Below are positions 61,282 through 64,000 of a stretch of DNA of 64,000 nt, piece by piece. This DNA comes from Eubacteriales bacterium (GTDB lineage Bacteria; Bacillota; Clostridia; Oscillospirales; QAKW01). The notes beneath the pieces were generated by a model. That model saw only the letters and a program-made list of their open reading frames with translations, searched no databases and had not been told where the DNA came from. The stretch's first letter is position 1, and every line of letters begins with the position of its first letter. Location: assembly GCA_045546995.1 (NCBI GenBank), contig JAZQDW010000056.1:3701-67700 (forward strand), given 5' to 3'. The position numbers and the translations under genes were made by a program.

Positions 61282-62309
61282 ACGCCGACACCTCCCTTGA
61301 TGTCTTCCTCGTCATAAATCTCGCCAACCAGCTCTTCCAAAATATCCTCGATGGTAATGATACCCAAGGCCTTGCCTTTGTTGTCAAGAACGACCGCCAG
61401 ATGAACACGGTGCTGACTCATACTTTCCAGCAACTCGTCTACCGCCTTACCCTGTTGAACAAAGTGTGGCGCAGAGATCAGCGGCTGAAGTTCGGGAGCG
61501 CCGTCTTTAAGATAAGCGCGCAGATAATTGCGGATGTGCAGAATACCGACCACCTTACCGTTGGGGTCGGTGACGGGGAGACGGGTAAAAGGGGTCTCGC
61601 GAATGGCAGCAATGATCTGATCGGGCGTCATATCGTTGCAGATAGTGGTTACATCGCTCATAGGGGTAAACACTTCGTGCACCACTGAATCGGTAAATTC
61701 CAAAACGGACTGGATCAAATCGCCGGTATCCTCGTCAATTTCACCCTCCTGCACAACCGTTTCAATGATGTCGTGCAGTTCTTCTTCCGTAACGGTGGGT
61801 TGGACGGTGGCTTTTTTAAGAAACGGCCGGCTGAGCAGATCACCCAACAATGTAAATAAAAAGCTGATGGGTGTAAGCACCTTCATTAAAAAGATCAGCG
61901 AACCTGCAATGTTTTTTGCAAAGGCCTCGTTACAATCCTTGGCAAAGCATTTGGGGATCATTTCTGAAAACTGGAATACGATCACTGTGGTCAGCAGGGT
62001 GGAAACGGTCTGGATCCAGGAAGGCCAATCGGTATGCTGTTGCAGCAACTGATAGGTCATGGTTGTTGCAATGGCGGAACAACCGATGTGGGCAATGTTG
62101 TTGCCAATAAGCAGCGTGGTCAGCGCCTTGTTGAAATTGTCCAGAATATACTGAACACGCTTGGCCTTCTTATCGCCATCATCTACTTGTCCGGCAATGC
62201 GGATCTTATTAACGGAAGCAAGGGCGATCTCCGCTCCTGCAAAATAACCGCCTGCCAAAATCAGTAAACAAAATAAAACTATGCTCGTCGTACTTCGCGC
62301 GGGGTCCAT
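61278..62309 (-). CDS. CNNM family protein: DUF21 + 2 CBS, lacking the CorC_HlyC domain
   Basis: [49 protein letters not shown] then stop; ATGA overlap with the next gene. Confidence 0.9.
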   Translation of the reverse strand: MDPARSTTSIVLFCLLILAGGYFAGAEIALASVNKIRIAGQVDDGDKKAKRVQYILDNFNKALTTLLIGNNIAHIGCSAIATTMTYQLLQQHTDWPSWIQTVSTLLTTVIVFQFSEMIPKCFAKDCNEAFAKNIAGSLIFLMKVLTPISFLFTLLGDLLSRPFLKKATVQPTVTEEELHDIIETVVQEGEIDEDTGDLIQSVLEFTDSVVHEVFTPMSDVTTICNDMTPDQIIAAIRETPFTRLPVTDPNGKVVGILHIRNYLRAYLKDGAPELQPLISAPHFVQQGKAVDELLESMSQHRVHLAVVLDNKGKALGIITIEDILEELVGEIYDEEDIKGGVGV

Positions 62310-62379
62310 AAATGGAACCAACTCCTTTATGATTTGTAATAAAAAATATTATACTATATATTCATATAATATGCAAGAA

Positions 62380-62946
62380 TTATTTGCTCTTTGTCGTGAT
62401 TTGTTGAATCGCTTTTGCCAGCCTTGCCACCGGGAGACCTACCACGTTAAAATAATCGCCGTTGATTTTCTCTACCAACAGCATCCCTTTGCTCTGAATG
62501 CCGTACGCGCCGGCTTTGTCAAAAGGCTCCGCCGTGGAAATATAGGCGTCAATCTCCTCGTCGGACAGAGGATAGAAGGTAACTTCGGTTGTTTGACTGA
62601 AGCTTTCAACGGCGCCGCCCGCAAAAACAGCGCAGCCGGTGATGACCTTGTGTGTTCTGCCGGACAGCGTGCGCAGCATGGCGCGAGCATGATCGGCATC
62701 ATTGGGCTTGCCTAACATTTTTCCGTCGATAAAAACACCGGTGTCGGCGCCAATGACCACGGCAGACGGATGCTCGGCAGCAATATCTGCCGCTTTCAGA
62801 CGCGCCAGATATTCAGGTGCCTGTTCCTGCGGCAGGGTGGACGGAATGATCTCCTGCGCGCCGGATGGTAATACAGTGAAGTTGTCGATGCAATTTTTCA
62901 GTAGCTCTTTCCGTCTTGGAGAGGCGGAGGCTAAAATATATTCCAT
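62380..62946 (-). CDS. maf: Maf family nucleotide pyrophosphatase
   Basis: ILASASPRRKELL, IGADT, LGKP, DKAGAYGIQ, GDYFNVVGLP. Confidence 0.96.
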   Translation of the reverse strand: MEYILASASPRRKELLKNCIDNFTVLPSGAQEIIPSTLPQEQAPEYLARLKAADIAAEHPSAVVIGADTGVFIDGKMLGKPNDADHARAMLRTLSGRTHKVITGCAVFAGGAVESFSQTTEVTFYPLSDEEIDAYISTAEPFDKAGAYGIQSKGMLLVEKINGDYFNVVGLPVARLAKAIQQITTKSK

Positions 62947-63071
62947 AATGCTGATCCTTTCAAATGAACTGAAATAAATATAGTAAATTTATGGAAGAAT
63001 GTCAAGACGACCTTGTCAAATACAGTCAAATATGTTACAATGTCCATATTCTGTTTTAGGAGTATATTTCG

Positions 63072-64000
63072 TTGAAAAGAAGTTTAAAGAGAATAATCAG
63101 CTTTTTGCTGATGCTGATGATTGTTATTTCCGCTTTGCTTCCGGCGCAGGCGGCTAAGACGTCTTTCTATGACGTTGAGAGCGGCGCCTGGTATGAGGCG
63201 GCAATTGCCTTTGCTTTTGATAAAGATTATATGCTGGGTGTGGATAACCGTATTTTTGAGCCGCATACCCCGGTGAATCGGGCAATGCTTGCTACGGTTT
63301 TATACCGCATCAGCGGCAGTCGCGCAACCTATTCAAATTCATCCTTTACGGATAACCCCAAAGGCACCTGGTATTTCACCGGCGTTGAGTTTTGCTATCG
63401 TAATGAGATCGTGTTTGGCTACGGCGATGGTCGTTTCGGGCCGAATCAGCCGTTGCGTCGTGAGGATATGATGGCCATGTTTTACCGTTTTGCCACGGTG
63501 ATGCGGTATGATTCCGATGAAAATGAGCGGGATATCCTCAGCTCGTACGCGGATAAAAAACAGGTCAGTGCTTATGCGGTTTCGGCGGCCAATTGGTGCC
63601 TGAATAACGGCGTCGTTTCCGGTATGAATTATACGGAAATTTCGCCTCGCACCGGCGCCACTCGGGCGCAGCTGGCGCAGGTGTTGATGAATTTTGCCGA
63701 GCATATCTTGCGTATGGATGTCAGCAAATACCGCAAAAGTGAAACCAATCCTTACGGTATTGCCGTGCAGAACGTGCGCTACTATCAGGATTGTCTGGAT
63801 TTTCATTTGACGGGGCTTGATCGTGCCCGCAAGGTACAGATGCAAGTTCAGTATTTGCTGGACGGAAAAGTATTTGATGAGGAAACTATCAGTATTGCCG
63901 CCTATCGTCGGGATTATGACTACAACGGCGACGCGACGGTTTTTCAAAACGCAGGCCCTCGTTATGTTGGAATGAATATGCGTGCGCAACTTCGTGTGAC
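63072..64000 (+). CDS. Secreted SLH-domain protein (3' end runs off the window)
   Basis: Hand-translated from TTG 63072 after AGGAG: signal peptide, then FYDVESGAWY...FEPHTPVNRAML, FGPNQPLRREDM, ISPRTGATRAQLA (three SLH repeats). Confidence 0.88.
   Translation, partial: MKRSLKRIISFLLMLMIVISALLPAQAAKTSFYDVESGAWYEAAIAFAFDKDYMLGVDNRIFEPHTPVNRAMLATVLYRISGSRATYSNSSFTDNPKGTWYFTGVEFCYRNEIVFGYGDGRFGPNQPLRREDMMAMFYRFATVMRYDSDENERDILSSYADKKQVSAYAVSAANWCLNNGVVSGMNYTEISPRTGATRAQLAQVLMNFAEHILRMDVSKYRKSETNPYGIAVQNVRYYQDCLDFHLTGLDRARKVQMQVQYLLDGKVFDEETISIAAYRRDYDYNGDATVFQNAGPRYVGMNMRAQLRV

Noticed and set aside
1..64000. tRNA, rRNA, CRISPR arrays, transposases, defence systems
   Set aside because: None recognisable; intergenic spaces are short and explained by promoters, terminators, riboswitches or rnpB

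Overview
Core-chromosome window of a spore-forming Clostridia-class Firmicute (Oscillospiraceae/Ruminococcaceae-like; inferred from gene order, yabP/yabQ/ylmC, sigmaE- and sigmaF-type promoters and SLH proteins). Left part: DMT transporter (partial), galT, two tandem LCP genes, ylmC-like gene, folT with a THF riboswitch, NSS transporter, ydbC/PC4-like gene, DUF378, mecA-like gene, serC-serA. Next is a 9-gene hydrogenase locus (DRTGG / anti-sigma kinase / group-D-like [FeFe] hydrogenase / PHP module plus a tetrameric electron-bifurcating Hnd-type enzyme), a MacB-like ABC transporter, an SLH-amidase and a degenerate AroC homolog. Middle: rpoB-rpoC-rpsL-rpsG-fusA-tuf, an FMN riboswitch with ribU, an LRR-SLH protein, RNase P RNA, murD, three M42 peptidases, nagA, an XRE-sugar-kinase fusion and murQ. 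Right part: carD-ispD-ispF, yabM-mazG-hup-yabOPQ-divIC, a GH5-like lipoprotein, an XRE + ImmA/IrrE operon divergent from dinB, three CNNM/CorC genes, maf and an SLH protein (partial). No rRNA, tRNA, CRISPR array, integrase or transposase was seen. Best candidates for undescribed biology: (1) an acidic leader peptide (MDSDSSDEEN...) that reads through an intrinsic terminator upstream of a CNNM/CorC Mg2+ transporter, a possible ribosome-based Mg2+ sensor; (2) an XRE/IrrE-protease switch with three CGAAA-N4-TTTCG-type boxes over overlapping promoters that drive DNA polymerase IV; (3) an intact AroC-fold protein lacking its catalytic motifs; (4) an FMN riboswitch with twin terminators acting as the 3' end of tuf; (5) an XRE-MurNAc-kinase fusion with its own palindromic operator. 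All calls come from reading motifs by eye; no database search was run.
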